From NCBI GenBank assembly GCA_001577715.1, contig LQAA01000069.1, positions 3,703 to 67,702 of the forward strand: a stretch of DNA of 64,000 nt, written 5' to 3'. This document shows positions 51,759 to 62,718 of this stretch, piece by piece. This DNA is from Candidatus Adiutrix intracellularis. Lineage in GTDB: Bacteria; Desulfobacterota; Desulfarculia; Adiutricales; Adiutricaceae. Both the position numbers and the translations under genes were made by a program. How positions within the stretch are numbered: the stretch's first letter is position 1; every line of letters starts with the position of its first letter. Under the pieces are notes generated by a model. The model saw only the letters and a program-made list of their open reading frames with translations. It was not told the origin of the DNA and did no database searches.

Positions 51759-53396
51759 ATGAAAAAAATGCTCAAAAAAAAAATTAATCTGGCCCTGACT
51801 AACCTGAATCTCGCCCCCCCCACTCCAGACCGAAATAACTTCACGGTGGAAGAGCCCCGTGACCGGGAGCATGGGCACCTGGCCACTAATGCGGCCCTGG
51901 TTCTGGCTAAATCTCTCGGCCGGAAACCCCGCGAACTGGCCGAATTGATCATTAAAAATCTGACCGACCCTGAGGGCTACATAGAAAAGGCCGAAGTGGC
52001 CGGCCCCGGGTTTATCAACTTTACTCTGAGCCTCAAATGGTGGGCCTGGGCCTTGGCCGATCTTTTACGAACCGGCCCCGCTTACGGCCGAGCCGCTGCT
52101 AGAGGCCAAAAAATTATGCTGGAATTTGTCTCAGCCAACCCCACAGGCCCGCTACATGTGGGCCACGGCCGGGGGGCAGCTATAGGTGACGCTCTAGCCC
52201 GCATTTTGAACTGGGTCGGTTATGAAGTTTCCCGGGAATATTACATAAACGATACTGGACGCCAGATGCGTATTCTAGGGGAATCGGTTTTAGCTCGTCT
52301 ACAGGAACTACAAGGTAGTACAGAACCTTTTCCTGAAGACCACTATCGAGGGACCTATATTATGGAACTGGCCCAGAAAGTTCTGGCAGAAAAAGGCCCA
52401 GAAATTCTGGATCTTCCTAAAGATGAAGCGGTGACTTACCTGGCTGATTTCGCCGGAGACCAGATTCTGGTGAGTATCAAGAACGATTTAGCCACCTTCA
52501 AAGTGGAATACCAAACTTGGTTTTCAGAAAAATCTCTACACCGAGAAGGGCAGGTAGAAAAAGTCCTGAGTTTTTTGAAAGAAAAAAATCATTTATACGA
52601 ACAAGATGACGCTCTATGGTTTAATACCGAACCTTTCGGGGACGACAAAAACCGGGTTCTCGTTAAAAGCAGCGGTGAAAGGACCTATTTTGCTACCGAC
52701 ATAGCCTATCACTGGAATAAATTTCAACGAGGCTTTAGTGAACTGGTTAATGTCCTAGGCGCTGACCACCATGGCTATGTGCCCCGCCTCAAGGCCGCCA
52801 CTACCGCCCTAGGCAATAACCCTAGCAGCATAACAGTTCTTTTGGTTCAATTTGTAAATCTAGTACGCGATGGTCAGCCCGTGGCTATGAGCACCCGGAC
52901 CGGGGAATTTATAACCCTGAAAGAAGTACTAAATGAAGTAGGAGTGGATGCAGCCCGCTTTATTTTTCTGACCCGCAGCCCAGATACCCCGCTAGAATTC
53001 GATTTAAATCTAGCCCGCACTCAGACCCGCGACAACCCCGTCTATTATGTCCAATATGTTGGCGCCCGCATCGAAAGTATACTGAAAAACGCTCCCCCCG
53101 CCCCGGTGGAGACGAACCTACTGCTCTTGGCCCAGCCTGAGGAATCTAATCTTATAAAACATCTAACTAACTTTCCCGAACTGATAGAAATAGCTGCAAC
53201 CCGGCGAGAACCACACCTGCTGGCAACCTATCTCACTGTTTTGGCCCGCCTCTTCCACCATTATTACAGCCAGCACCATGTCATAGTCCCAAACCTAGCC
53301 CTAGCCGCCGCTCGACTAGAACTAATCCGGGCTGTCCGCTTAGTCGTTCATCTGGGCCTCAATCTTCTAGGCGTATCCTCTCCTGATCAAATGTAA
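51759..53396 (+). CDS. argS: Arginine--tRNA ligase
   Basis: EFVSANPTGPLHVGH, REYYINDTG, GADHHGY, MSTRTG, NPVYYVQY. Confidence 0.98.
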   Translation: MKKMLKKKINLALTNLNLAPPTPDRNNFTVEEPRDREHGHLATNAALVLAKSLGRKPRELAELIIKNLTDPEGYIEKAEVAGPGFINFTLSLKWWAWALADLLRTGPAYGRAAARGQKIMLEFVSANPTGPLHVGHGRGAAIGDALARILNWVGYEVSREYYINDTGRQMRILGESVLARLQELQGSTEPFPEDHYRGTYIMELAQKVLAEKGPEILDLPKDEAVTYLADFAGDQILVSIKNDLATFKVEYQTWFSEKSLHREGQVEKVLSFLKEKNHLYEQDDALWFNTEPFGDDKNRVLVKSSGERTYFATDIAYHWNKFQRGFSELVNVLGADHHGYVPRLKAATTALGNNPSSITVLLVQFVNLVRDGQPVAMSTRTGEFITLKEVLNEVGVDAARFIFLTRSPDTPLEFDLNLARTQTRDNPVYYVQYVGARIESILKNAPPAPVETNLLLLAQPEESNLIKHLTNFPELIEIAATRREPHLLATYLTVLARLFHHYYSQHHVIVPNLALAAARLELIRAVRLVVHLGLNLLGVSSPDQM

Positions 53397-53559
53397 AATT
53401 GATATTCAGCCGGCGCGATCAGAACCTGCTCCGTCTGAAAAAACTCCTAACGGAACTCAGAACAGAGGAAGAAGTAGAATTTATTAATATAGTTAAGATA
53501 TATCTATTATCCTATCCTCTATCCTAGAAAAATCGGACTAGAATTCGACTCCGAGAGAG

Positions 53560-54085
53560 CAAACGGTGATCAAATCCCAACCGTCCCCTGGCAAAGAGAT
53601 TTGGGGATTAGAATCATTGGTTTAGTTTTAACCTAAGTTTTCTGCTAAACATATTAACCGGACGCGGGCCTTTATGAAAAACCGGCTGAAATAAATACCC
53701 CTAACCCTTCATCATCCCTACACGGCTAGATAATCTGGATCCGCCCAGACCCCTGGAGATTAACAACCCCCTTTAATTTTATACTTCCCGAAGCTGAGGC
53801 CGCCGAAAATTCGTAAAAACAAAACCAACTGCGGAAGATGATAATCAAACCACTATTTCAATAGTGGCCGAAAACAAAAGTCCTGCCACGGTTCAGACGA
53901 TAGCCGAAGATTAGGATTGTTTCGCCGCTCAAATGGTGATAACGGCCGGTAAAGATAAAGCTTAACATCGTCTAGATAAACTTAAAATCCAAAATTCCCC
54001 TACCTATACCTATTTTTACCACATTAACTCTAATTGTTTTCTGATCCGAATGAGCCGCTTTGCTACTAACTTAAAGTCCCATAAA
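53560..54085 (+). pseudogene. SPOR-domain protein pseudogene
   Basis: N-terminal GLVLT*VF segment and C-terminal FAAQM..A...DKLK...Y...FLIRMSRF resembling SPOR; follows argS; many stops. Confidence 0.45.
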
Positions 54086-54223
54086 TAAAAGTATGATAAT
54101 ATATTAATGTTAAGATAATAAAATTATATCGCTATAACAAAATCGTGTTCATCTAAATATCATTAACATATTAAATATTTTTAATACATCAACCAGCTTT
54201 AAATAAAGCTTTATTAATAATTA

Positions 54224-54491
54224 TACATCCATCAAACGCAAATTTATTTTTTTATTTTTCTAGTGATGCTAAAATATTATAATTATAGTGTTGATCTATT
54301 AAAATAGATTCCTTTACTCCCCATTATGTTAATCAAACTCCTAAAATACTAATCAATTTTTAATCAGTTAGAAAAATTTAACAAAAAATTATGTTATTAT
54401 TATATTTTATAATAAAAATGCTCTTTTAAGTATAATTTTAGATTTTTTTGATACATAAAAAATAATTATAAAATTCCCCCTAACGAATGTG
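54224..54491 (+). mobile_element. MITE family copy 5 (268 bp) with perfect 9-bp TSD
   Basis: TAATAATTA at 54215-54223 and 54492-54500; IRs TACATCCATCAA / CTAACGAATGTG; family core. Confidence 0.88.
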
Positions 54492-54611
54492 TAATAATTA
54501 TTGATTGAATCACCTACCTTAGTCTGGTGGTTTAAATAACTAATGATATAGTTTATCACTAAATAATCGATGCTACTTTATCTAATCTCATTTTATAATC
54601 TTCCACGGGGC

Positions 54612-56153
54612 GTATTTTTTACAGGTTAAAATTTACAAATTAGTAGTGAAGAATGGGCCTACTTTGTATAAAAAATTTGATAGCCTGGCGCAAAAATTAA
54701 AATAGAAAATACTTACTCATAGTACAAGTGATAATAACCGTCTAGATGCACTCTGATCAGTTACGCTCAACTTCAGAATAAGTTCCCTGAATGTCAACCC
54801 TGTTCAAAACCACAAAGCGAATGATTAGCTTGATTAAATTATTGGTAAGCTCAATTTCCAGGTTGACGATAAAGCACAAATTTGACTCGTAATCTTTACG
54901 GAAACGCCTAGTTAAATTCTTAGCTCCTTTTACCACCGGGACCTTGAGTTCTTATTTTATAAGCGTTCTCCACATTTTTGCAATTTATCATGGATAGTTA
55001 TATCGGCTTCCGTTCTAAACAAATATGATAAAACCGAAACAGGCCTCGTAATTATTCCAGAAGCCTTACCCTATAACTTCGAGTTTCCGAGCCCTGGTTT
55101 TCTGATAGAAATCGTGCGCCCTTAATGAACTGAACCAAACAAAATTAAGCCTGTGCCGGACAATTTTTTAAATACTTGTGATAGGCTGAATAGTAATCAC
55201 AGCTGAGCAATCCAATAAAATCTTTTCCCAAAACTAATTAAAGAACCTCTAACAATAGATGGGCCGATATTCTAAACATCACGAAAAAAAGCGGCTCAAA
55301 AAATCCAAGTCTAAAAATAATAACTATCTTCTTTATGTCCGATCCTGTCTGTATTTAACAAGACTATTCGGGTAGAGCCTCTAAACCATTTTCAGAAGGT
55401 GGCTTCAAATCAACGGAGATTTTCTTTGAGATATTAGTTATTTCTCTACGGCTGACAAGGCATCCCAATACTTCAGCTACAAAAGACTACACGAACAAGT
55501 ACGAAATATAGGTCTTACCTTTTAAAAAAACAAGACAAATAGCCAACTTCGGACCTATGAATCCAGTGTTACTAACTTTAGACAGTGTCTAGCAATGATA
55601 AATCTCTCCACAACGTTACAACAGCAAGTGGCTCCACAATATTCGGTAAGCCGCTAGAGATTAATAATTAGCCCATTTTATTATCATATGATGTCTTTAT
55701 CTTGTTCGGTAATTAACTCTCCATCGCAACCGCAGATTTCTAGCTCTAAAGCAAAGATTCTAACTTTATCAAGTTCTTCAAAAATAAAAAACCTACGCAA
55801 ATAGGACTCTTGCTCTAACTGCGCTCCAAACTTTACGCTTTTTACCGTGTTTCTTCTGTTGAAGGAAATTGCTAATATCAGACGATAATGACTTTGATAA
55901 ATTACTAGATTTCTTTCAAGCTCCAGCCAATTTAGTTTTTAGTTTGGTATCTTTATACCGTAAGGTAATATCTTCTACTCATAACAGAATGTTTCGTTAC
56001 ATAAAACTTCAAACACACATCCCAATTCGTCCAAATGCTAGAAAACTTAAAATATTATATCTTGCGATTTGCTTGATTCTATGATCACAACACGACATAC
56101 TTTTATGTTGACGTACAATTATATCTTATTTGATAATCACCGTGAACAGTTAA
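54612..56153 (-). mobile_element. IS66-family relic, near full length, transposase pseudogenised
   Basis: SSNLSKSLSSD, ICGCDGEL, C..CGEIYH, GPKL, SCDYYSAY, FCLVQFIK, TNN..K..IRFVVL.R..QGT.SE; ends TTAACTGTTCACGG and CCTGTAAAAAAATAC. Confidence 0.9.
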
Positions 56154-56323
56154 TATATTTTTTGAGATCCTAATTATACATTTAAATAGCGTTAGCCAAA
56201 ATAATAGGGTCTATTATCAAGCTGACTCCATAGAAACTATTATAATAAAAATATTTAAGCTTGGCCTAAGCGACCTCACCATGACCCGATTTCAAATTTA
56301 TCCCTGCCTCTGTCATTTCAATT

Positions 56324-57049
56324 TCACCAGGAACCGTCGGTCAAAAGGTCATGCAAAACCTTCTGGGCGCGGGCACCTAAGAGAACTAATTTTTCACCGG
56401 GCAAAGGAGGCAGAGGCGGGCCTATTCTAACCCGGATAACCCCAGGGCAGGGATAAAGACGACCAGCCGGCCATAAAGCCCCAGCGTTTTTAATGGCCAC
56501 CGGCACTAGCAAGGCTCCGTTACGCCGGGCTAAAATTAAAGCCCCCTTCTTGAAAGGTAAAAGTAACGTTACCCCCCGGTTACGAGTACCCTCGGGGAAG
56601 ATAGATAAAATTTCGCCCCGACTTAACCGAGCCCCGGCTTCCTCCATCATTTGCCGGGCCGCCTCGGAACCACCGCTCCGGTCCACCAGCAAATGAACCC
56701 GGGCTAGAGCCCAGCCAAAAAAAGGAATGGAGCCCAAAGAGGCTTTAGCCACCCAAGAAACAGGTAACCCCGTAGCTAGGGCTACAGTGGGAATATCTAA
56801 AAGAGAACTGTGGTTAGCGTAAAGAATAAAGCCGCCGTTCGAGACTGGAAGATTTTCCCGACCCAACACCCTAAGGCGGATACCGGCTGGAATTAACACT
56901 ACGCGGCCCCAGACGGTGTTAGAAATATAACGAGCTAGCCGAATAGAAACTAGACTTAACAACAGGGAAACCGTGCCACACATGACGGTCAAAGTAACCA
57001 GCACCGGTAAATACCAAACCGGGTAAAGTAGTCGAAGCAAACAGTTCAT
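56324..57049 (-). CDS. plsC: 1-acyl-sn-glycerol-3-phosphate acyltransferase
   Basis: NHSSLLD, VDR, FPEGTR, VPVAI; ATGA overlap with the upstream gene. Confidence 0.92.
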   Translation of the reverse strand: MNCLLRLLYPVWYLPVLVTLTVMCGTVSLLLSLVSIRLARYISNTVWGRVVLIPAGIRLRVLGRENLPVSNGGFILYANHSSLLDIPTVALATGLPVSWVAKASLGSIPFFGWALARVHLLVDRSGGSEAARQMMEEAGARLSRGEILSIFPEGTRNRGVTLLLPFKKGALILARRNGALLVPVAIKNAGALWPAGRLYPCPGVIRVRIGPPLPPLPGEKLVLLGARAQKVLHDLLTDGSW

Positions 57050-57618
57050 GGATTCTGTTTCATTAACCACTGGTTTAAGCGGGGTAGTTCCACTTTTGGC
57101 CAGTCCTCTCCCAAGCGTAAGTTCAAAAAATTTTTGAAGAGAGCTTCCAAAAGAGCCAACAGTTCATTCAGTAGAGCCACCCGCTCCAAAAAACGACCAA
57201 CCTCGGTCTCCACCCCCTCTTCCCCTTCACTAAAAGTCTTAGGAAATTTTATGGCCTGGGGGGTTAAAGTATCAGCGGATAATGTTAGTCCCCATTCCTT
57301 ATTGTCTTCATTACGAATTTTTAAACGACCCCGGCTTACTTTCTTACCCTGTCTTAGGCCGGTATGAGCCTCGGCCCACTTAGCATTCGGGTCCTGACAG
57401 CTGATGACTTTCCGATCGGCCCCTTCGCCGCTGTCCAAAGTCAGACGACTTTCAAACCACACTTCAATGTAGCCCTGGGGTTTAATCTTTAACAAGTTCC
57501 CATCCAGTTCAGAACTTATCCACAACCAGGTTAAAAATTCCCGGCCCAAAAAGAACTTATCCCGCCATAAATCTAAAAAGACTACTGGTTCCGGCGGCAG
57601 AGATTCCATCCCCGTCAT
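57046..57618 (-). CDS. RdgC-like protein, C-terminal half
   Basis: EFLTWL..ISC..GKKV..LTL.AD.L..IKF..GRF..LLNEL..LF resembles the RdgC C-terminal region; lies directly after the N-half gene. Confidence 0.6.
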   Translation of the reverse strand: MTGMESLPPEPVVFLDLWRDKFFLGREFLTWLWISSELDGNLLKIKPQGYIEVWFESRLTLDSGEGADRKVISCQDPNAKWAEAHTGLRQGKKVSRGRLKIRNEDNKEWGLTLSADTLTPQAIKFPKTFSEGEEGVETEVGRFLERVALLNELLALLEALFKNFLNLRLGEDWPKVELPRLNQWLMKQNP

Positions 57619-57636
57619 TTTTCCCCCACCCTCTCT

Positions 57637-58248
57637 TCAAGCCAACCAAATCGGCGAAGCCTTTAAATTCAAAAGAACCTGGCGTAATTCCCCAGTAACC
57701 ATTTCCAAGCCCAGAGTTACCGGAACCAGCATTTCCAAAGCTAGACCGAAGGTGTGGCTCCACAACTCCTCGAAACTTAGCCGCCGCTTTTCCCCAGCAG
57801 CGGCTAACCAAATTTCATTTTCCTGGATCAACCACAGCACTTCCATAAGTTCCGTATTGAGCAGGGTCCGGCGCAACAAATCCGACCTCACTACCTCTCT
57901 TAACCCTTTTCTAACTACGCTATTGGGATACTGGCCGGTCTTAGTCAAATGCTGAGCCTCGCGGATAGCACAGTAACGGTTAAGGACAGTATTAGGGAGT
58001 CGGCGACTGTCTAGACGAAGAGTGAAAGCTAAAAGCCCCCCAAAACGATAGGTGGCCGGATTGAAATTGCTATCCAGGTGGTTGAAAAATTCCACCCAGC
58101 CCAAGCTACGTTCTTCGGGCGTATGCTCTATATCCACAAAAGCGTTACCGGCCAACCGGCTGCTTAGATATTCATCAGTCAGGATTTCCGGCGGCTCTTC
58201 CCTAACTCGGTAACGAGTCAAGGCAAGAGAGCCCTTAATAATACCCAT
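57637..58248 (-). CDS. rdgC: Recombination-associated protein RdgC, N-terminal half
   Basis: LTRYRV..F.DI..GWV..LRLD.RRLP..V...GQ....KGLRE.V..DLL.R..VLW.....F.EL...TFG. Confidence 0.7.
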   Translation of the reverse strand: MGIIKGSLALTRYRVREEPPEILTDEYLSSRLAGNAFVDIEHTPEERSLGWVEFFNHLDSNFNPATYRFGGLLAFTLRLDSRRLPNTVLNRYCAIREAQHLTKTGQYPNSVVRKGLREVVRSDLLRRTLLNTELMEVLWLIQENEIWLAAAGEKRRLSFEELWSHTFGLALEMLVPVTLGLEMVTGELRQVLLNLKASPIWLA

Positions 58249-59341
58249 AAAGATTTTCCTTCCCGACCGGGTAGCGACTTCTTAAACCCGCGTCCAGCTG
58301 TTTCCAGAACATCATAATCAATCTATAACTCAGATACAAGCCCGAAAAATGGCGGCCGTCCCGACCCTTTATCGCAGCCTGAAACTCAGCTGGAGTCGAA
58401 ACCTCCGTTTCCAGAGCAACAACCATCAAAGTAATTGTCGCTCTAATCCACAAGATTCTAACGAGTTCCCCCCAGGCCCGCTTTGCACTAACGCGGATAA
58501 TTAGGAAAGTCGCACTAGAGTCAGCCAGTCAGACTAAAATCTATTTACAACCCACCCTTAAAATCTTAACTAAAATCCAGGTATCAATGATAAAAATAGA
58601 TTCAGGCATACTTATTTTACTCTTTCTTCGTATTTACGATACCTGTATTTTTAAAAAACGTTTAGTTTAAAAAATATCATTTAATTTCAATATTATCAAA
58701 ATAAATAGTACTATTTACCTGATTATTTAATTTTAGTTAGTTAATTTTAGACTAAATATTATACAAGAATAGTGTAATTATAAACTGAATTTCATACTAG
58801 TAGATTTTTTATGCACAGGCCCATTTAACGACCGCCTTACAGAGCCAGACCCTAGACAAGATTCTAACTGACGTCTAAACCCTACGATGGCGTAGTTGAC
58901 GCCATCTATGGTCTGGAGTAACACTTGGAAACTAGCTGGCTTTCAGGGAATTTTCTATAATTTCTACCAAGAGTAAGGTCTTTCGATCACACTACTGGAA
59001 GAGACTCCGACCGCTCGGAGCCGGTATAGTCGGAGAACCCATAAAACAACCCCCGCCGAGGGCGGGGGCGGAAGCTACACCTGGGCCTAAAGCGCGATTA
59101 GAGCAGACTCATCACCTTATCGATCATCACCGTTATTTTTCTAAATCTACCCAGCTGCCACAAAAAAAATGCCTAACCCGGCCGCAATCATACATGAGCA
59201 GCACCACCTAGCCGCCTTCAACTATTAAGCGGCCATGGGGAAAAATCATTTCGTCAAGATGCAACGGAAAAGATGGGTTTATTTTCTACGAGCCAATCTA
59301 ACCTTGGCTGCTTCAGGAAATCTCTTTCACAATTCTAAAAT

Positions 59342-60721
59342 TTAGCGACCGCTAGCACTAGGGGGAGAAGAAAGAAAGCGATTTTTTAGAATATCAAGAA
59401 CTCGGTTACGGACGCCAACATAGTTAGGACCATTTAGAAGAATGACAAAACTTATGGGACGGCCGGGGTTGTCCGGACGCTCCAAATAACCAGCCATAGT
59501 TTTGATATCACTCATAGTACCGGTTTTAAAAAGAATCAGACCTTTATCTCCGGGAGTCAGCAGATAACGATCAGGTTCGCTAACTTTCAGTATACCGGCC
59601 ATCTGCCGGGCAGTCAAGGTAGTCTGGCGACTCAGGCCACTACCGTCACCCATAGTGATAGGTTTAAGGCCATGCCGTTGAAAGAAAAAATTCATGGCCT
59701 GCTGGGATTTTACCAAAGTAGCTGGTGGACCATAAAGTTCAGCCCCCAGACTCAAAAAAATCTGGTTAGTTATGAAATTATTAGAGTATTTAATAAGCTC
59801 CCTCACTAAATCCTCCAAAGTTTTGGAAGATTCATGACGATAAAATATTTTGCGTTGTTCCGGGGCGGGGTGGCCGGTAAAAATTACCCCGTACATACGA
59901 ATACCAGCTTCTTCCAGATGAGCCTTAAAGGTCTCCCCAGCGTTAAATTCTGCCTCTTCGGGGCTCTCGGAAATATTAAGTTGATAGGTGCCGCCCTCCT
60001 TGTTCTGAGCGGCTAGTTTTAGAGCCAGGGGGGTTACGGGGAGATGAGCAGCAGCTCTAATAACCTGCCCCTTTTTAGTTTTTTGAAAACTCACGGTATT
60101 AAAGTTAACGCTGAAAGCCCCGTTATAGGCGTCATAAAGCGCGCGAGTCTGAGTGTTACCGTCTAAAATAAGATTAGCTTCAAAATAAGAATCGTCAATG
60201 TAAAGATGGCGGACTTCTTTCAGCCCCCGTTTTTGCAATTCTCGGACAATAACAACTAATTCTTCCGACACAAGATATGGGTCCCCGTAACCCACTATCC
60301 ATAAATCGTTGGTCTTTGTCAGCAAAAAATCAGTTTTAAAACGAAAATCAGGTCCTAAAAATTCAAGCGCGGCCTCGGATGTGACTATTTTAAGTATAGA
60401 AGCGGGAACGTAAAGTTTCTCGGCATTATAGGCATATAATTCCCGAGGGCGACCCTGGGGAGCGTGAGTATCCACAAGCAGCACCGCACCATCTCTGACC
60501 AGAGTCAGCAAATTTTGGGGCCAGGGAAGAGATTCTGGTCTAGGAGCGACTGGGCGGGCTGATTTTTTTTTAGTCTTAGCTAAAGATTGCTTTTGTTTTG
60601 GTTTGTCAGCGGAGCGAGCATAAAGAGTAGACGACAACCATAAGCCCTGACCGAGAAAAATAAAGGAAAAAGCCAGAGTGATAAGAAAGTTGACATGTCG
60701 AAAATATTTACCAGTTTTCAT
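59342..60721 (-). CDS. dacB: D-Ala-D-Ala carboxypeptidase/endopeptidase PBP4 (peptidase S13)
   Basis: PASILK (SxxK), SNN (SxN), KTG, DGSGLSR; signal/TM N-terminus; GGAGG RBS. Confidence 0.9.
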   Translation of the reverse strand: MKTGKYFRHVNFLITLAFSFIFLGQGLWLSSTLYARSADKPKQKQSLAKTKKKSARPVAPRPESLPWPQNLLTLVRDGAVLLVDTHAPQGRPRELYAYNAEKLYVPASILKIVTSEAALEFLGPDFRFKTDFLLTKTNDLWIVGYGDPYLVSEELVVIVRELQKRGLKEVRHLYIDDSYFEANLILDGNTQTRALYDAYNGAFSVNFNTVSFQKTKKGQVIRAAAHLPVTPLALKLAAQNKEGGTYQLNISESPEEAEFNAGETFKAHLEEAGIRMYGVIFTGHPAPEQRKIFYRHESSKTLEDLVRELIKYSNNFITNQIFLSLGAELYGPPATLVKSQQAMNFFFQRHGLKPITMGDGSGLSRQTTLTARQMAGILKVSEPDRYLLTPGDKGLILFKTGTMSDIKTMAGYLERPDNPGRPISFVILLNGPNYVGVRNRVLDILKNRFLSSPPSASGR

Positions 60722-60772
60722 GATAAATATCCCTCCATAACCCAGATGGAACGGCTAATTTGGGCCGGCGGG

Positions 60773-61400
60773 ATGAAATACGCCAAATTTCTAGTCCTAC
60801 TAACTCTGGTCCTATCTCTGGCCAGTTGCGATTCCTCCTTTTTTTCCGCCAAGGACTACGACTGCTCTTATATGGTTAAAAGTAAGCATTATCATATTTT
60901 AGCTTTAACTAAAGAATTTCGGGAAAGAGGAGTAGCCTCTTGGTACAGATAACCCTTCCACGGCCGCAAAAAACAGCGGAAAAATTTACGGTATAAATAA
61001 AATCACGGCGGCCCATAAAATTCAACCCCTACACACCTAAGTTAAAGTATATGAATCTAGAAAACTACTAAATTATAAACATTCACATCAAAAACTGGAA
61101 CTCATTTATAGATAGCCAGGTTACTAATCTTAGCCGGGGCGAAATCCGACTTATGAAACATACTCGACCCACTGGGAACAGCTAAGCTAAGCATCCAAAC
61201 TATCACCGGTAGTAAAGCCCGGTAACCGCCACCGACGAACAGGCTTAACCAACGACATTTAAATCTTATAGCCTCAAGCCTATACCGGAAAGAAGCCGCC
61301 CCCCCATCTAACTTTGGATATAGCTACGACCCCGGCCACCAACTAATTTAATTAAACTAACTAACCTCTTCTCCATATAGTTAGTCACTTTCAACCCTAC
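60773..61400 (+). pseudogene. rlpA: Septal ring lytic transglycosylase RlpA pseudogene
   Basis: Lipobox LASC, GVASWYR*PFHGRK, TAAHK..P.HT*VKV, NLENY; stops and frameshifts. The 3' limit is approximate. Confidence 0.8.
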
Positions 61401-61544
61401 ACTGGAGGCTAGAATGTGGTCGGCCAATTTTTATGATTATTTTAATACTCTTTAAATAGAAAGGCAAGTTGCTTAGACTTATTTTTACCCCCAGTCCCCT
61501 TTGGATTTAGGCTAAAACCTGTTAAAATAAAACTATACTAAGAG

Positions 61545-62710
61545 TGTTTCGGATATTCACGTGATAAAAAGGGAGGTAAGTATCAGATAAATTTATAGTC
61601 TATTAGCTAATAGAGACGAGAACTCCATATCTATTAACGCCTAGCTAGGTAATACTTCTGATTCAACCATATTCATCCCGACGATTGAAAAAATCAGGGT
61701 TAAATTTAGGCTGGGTAAAGTAGTGACTGTAAGGTGATTCGAGGATGTAAGGGGCTAAAAATATAACCCTTCTGCAAGCCATGAGAGATATAGGTTAGAC
61801 AAATGTCTTAAACTTTACATTTATACGGGGGTTACTTGATAATCATAAAATACAGCTTACTTTTTTTGACAAGATAGAACTTTTTTAATTTATTGCGCTG
61901 GACGAATATTCAGGAGAAAGACTGATAGTCTACCGTAATTTATTTCTAGTCGATAAGCGGGTCAAAACCAGAAAGGAACTGTTGATCACCATCCAAAAAA
62001 ATCTGGAGCAAATCGGGGCTAATTTTTAAGTCGAACGTTTATAGGGGCGAGGATACTATAGATCTAGTTGTCAAGCAGAAGATAATTAGTATAGAGCAAA
62101 AGTCGATTTTGAATGGAATCTATATGATTAGAGCATTAATTAATAAAGATAAAATGAGCTCGAAGTAATGCGTCCACACTTATAAAAATTTCCCTAGGTA
62201 GAACGGACTTTCAAAATAGTAAAGAGCGTTGCCATAAAATATAACCTATACTTCAACTAACTGGAACAAAGAGTCAGGGCTCATGTTTTTTTATGTATGT
62301 TAGCTTATCATGTCGAATGGCATATGGGGGAGACTTAGTAAGAATTGATCTTTATCGATAAAGAAATAACAATTAAAAAATACCAGGCTTTAGTTAGCCC
62401 AGCTGGGGAAGAGGCTGCCTAGCTAAAAAACCTCAGTTAAAAACTTAGCTGGGATTCTTGTTCAAAGCTATAACAGTTTACTCCTCAATTTAGTTAACAT
62501 CTGTTTAAACATCTGTTAAGTGAACTGAAATGATTAGAATCAAACTAGCAAAAATGCTACATCCACTCAGATAAATTTATTCACCCCGCTGTAATGAAAG
62601 GTCTTCGATTTGCTCCAATCCATAAATCGTGTCTAGTAAATAAATATTATCTTTTAAAATGATATCTTGAAATAATAAATAAATAATATTAATTAATCGC
62701 GGAACTTCAG
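61545..62710 (+). mobile_element. IS1634-family relic, 5'-truncated
   Basis: FGYSRDKK, GNTSD..IEKIRVKF, VERTFK, RVRAHVFLCMLAYHVEWHM; right end GGAACTTCAG. Confidence 0.85.
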
Positions 62711-62718
62711 TTTAAATA

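Noticed and set aside
58560-58800. Seventh MITE copy or IS1634 end (AAAAATAGATTC; TAAACTGAATTTC)
   Set aside because: The matches are only 12-13 bp in very AT-rich DNA, with no extended homology.
58235-59340. 72-aa ORF before rdgC and a His-rich stretch at 58.8-59.3 kb
   Set aside because: No recognisable domain and broken frames; probably decayed DNA.
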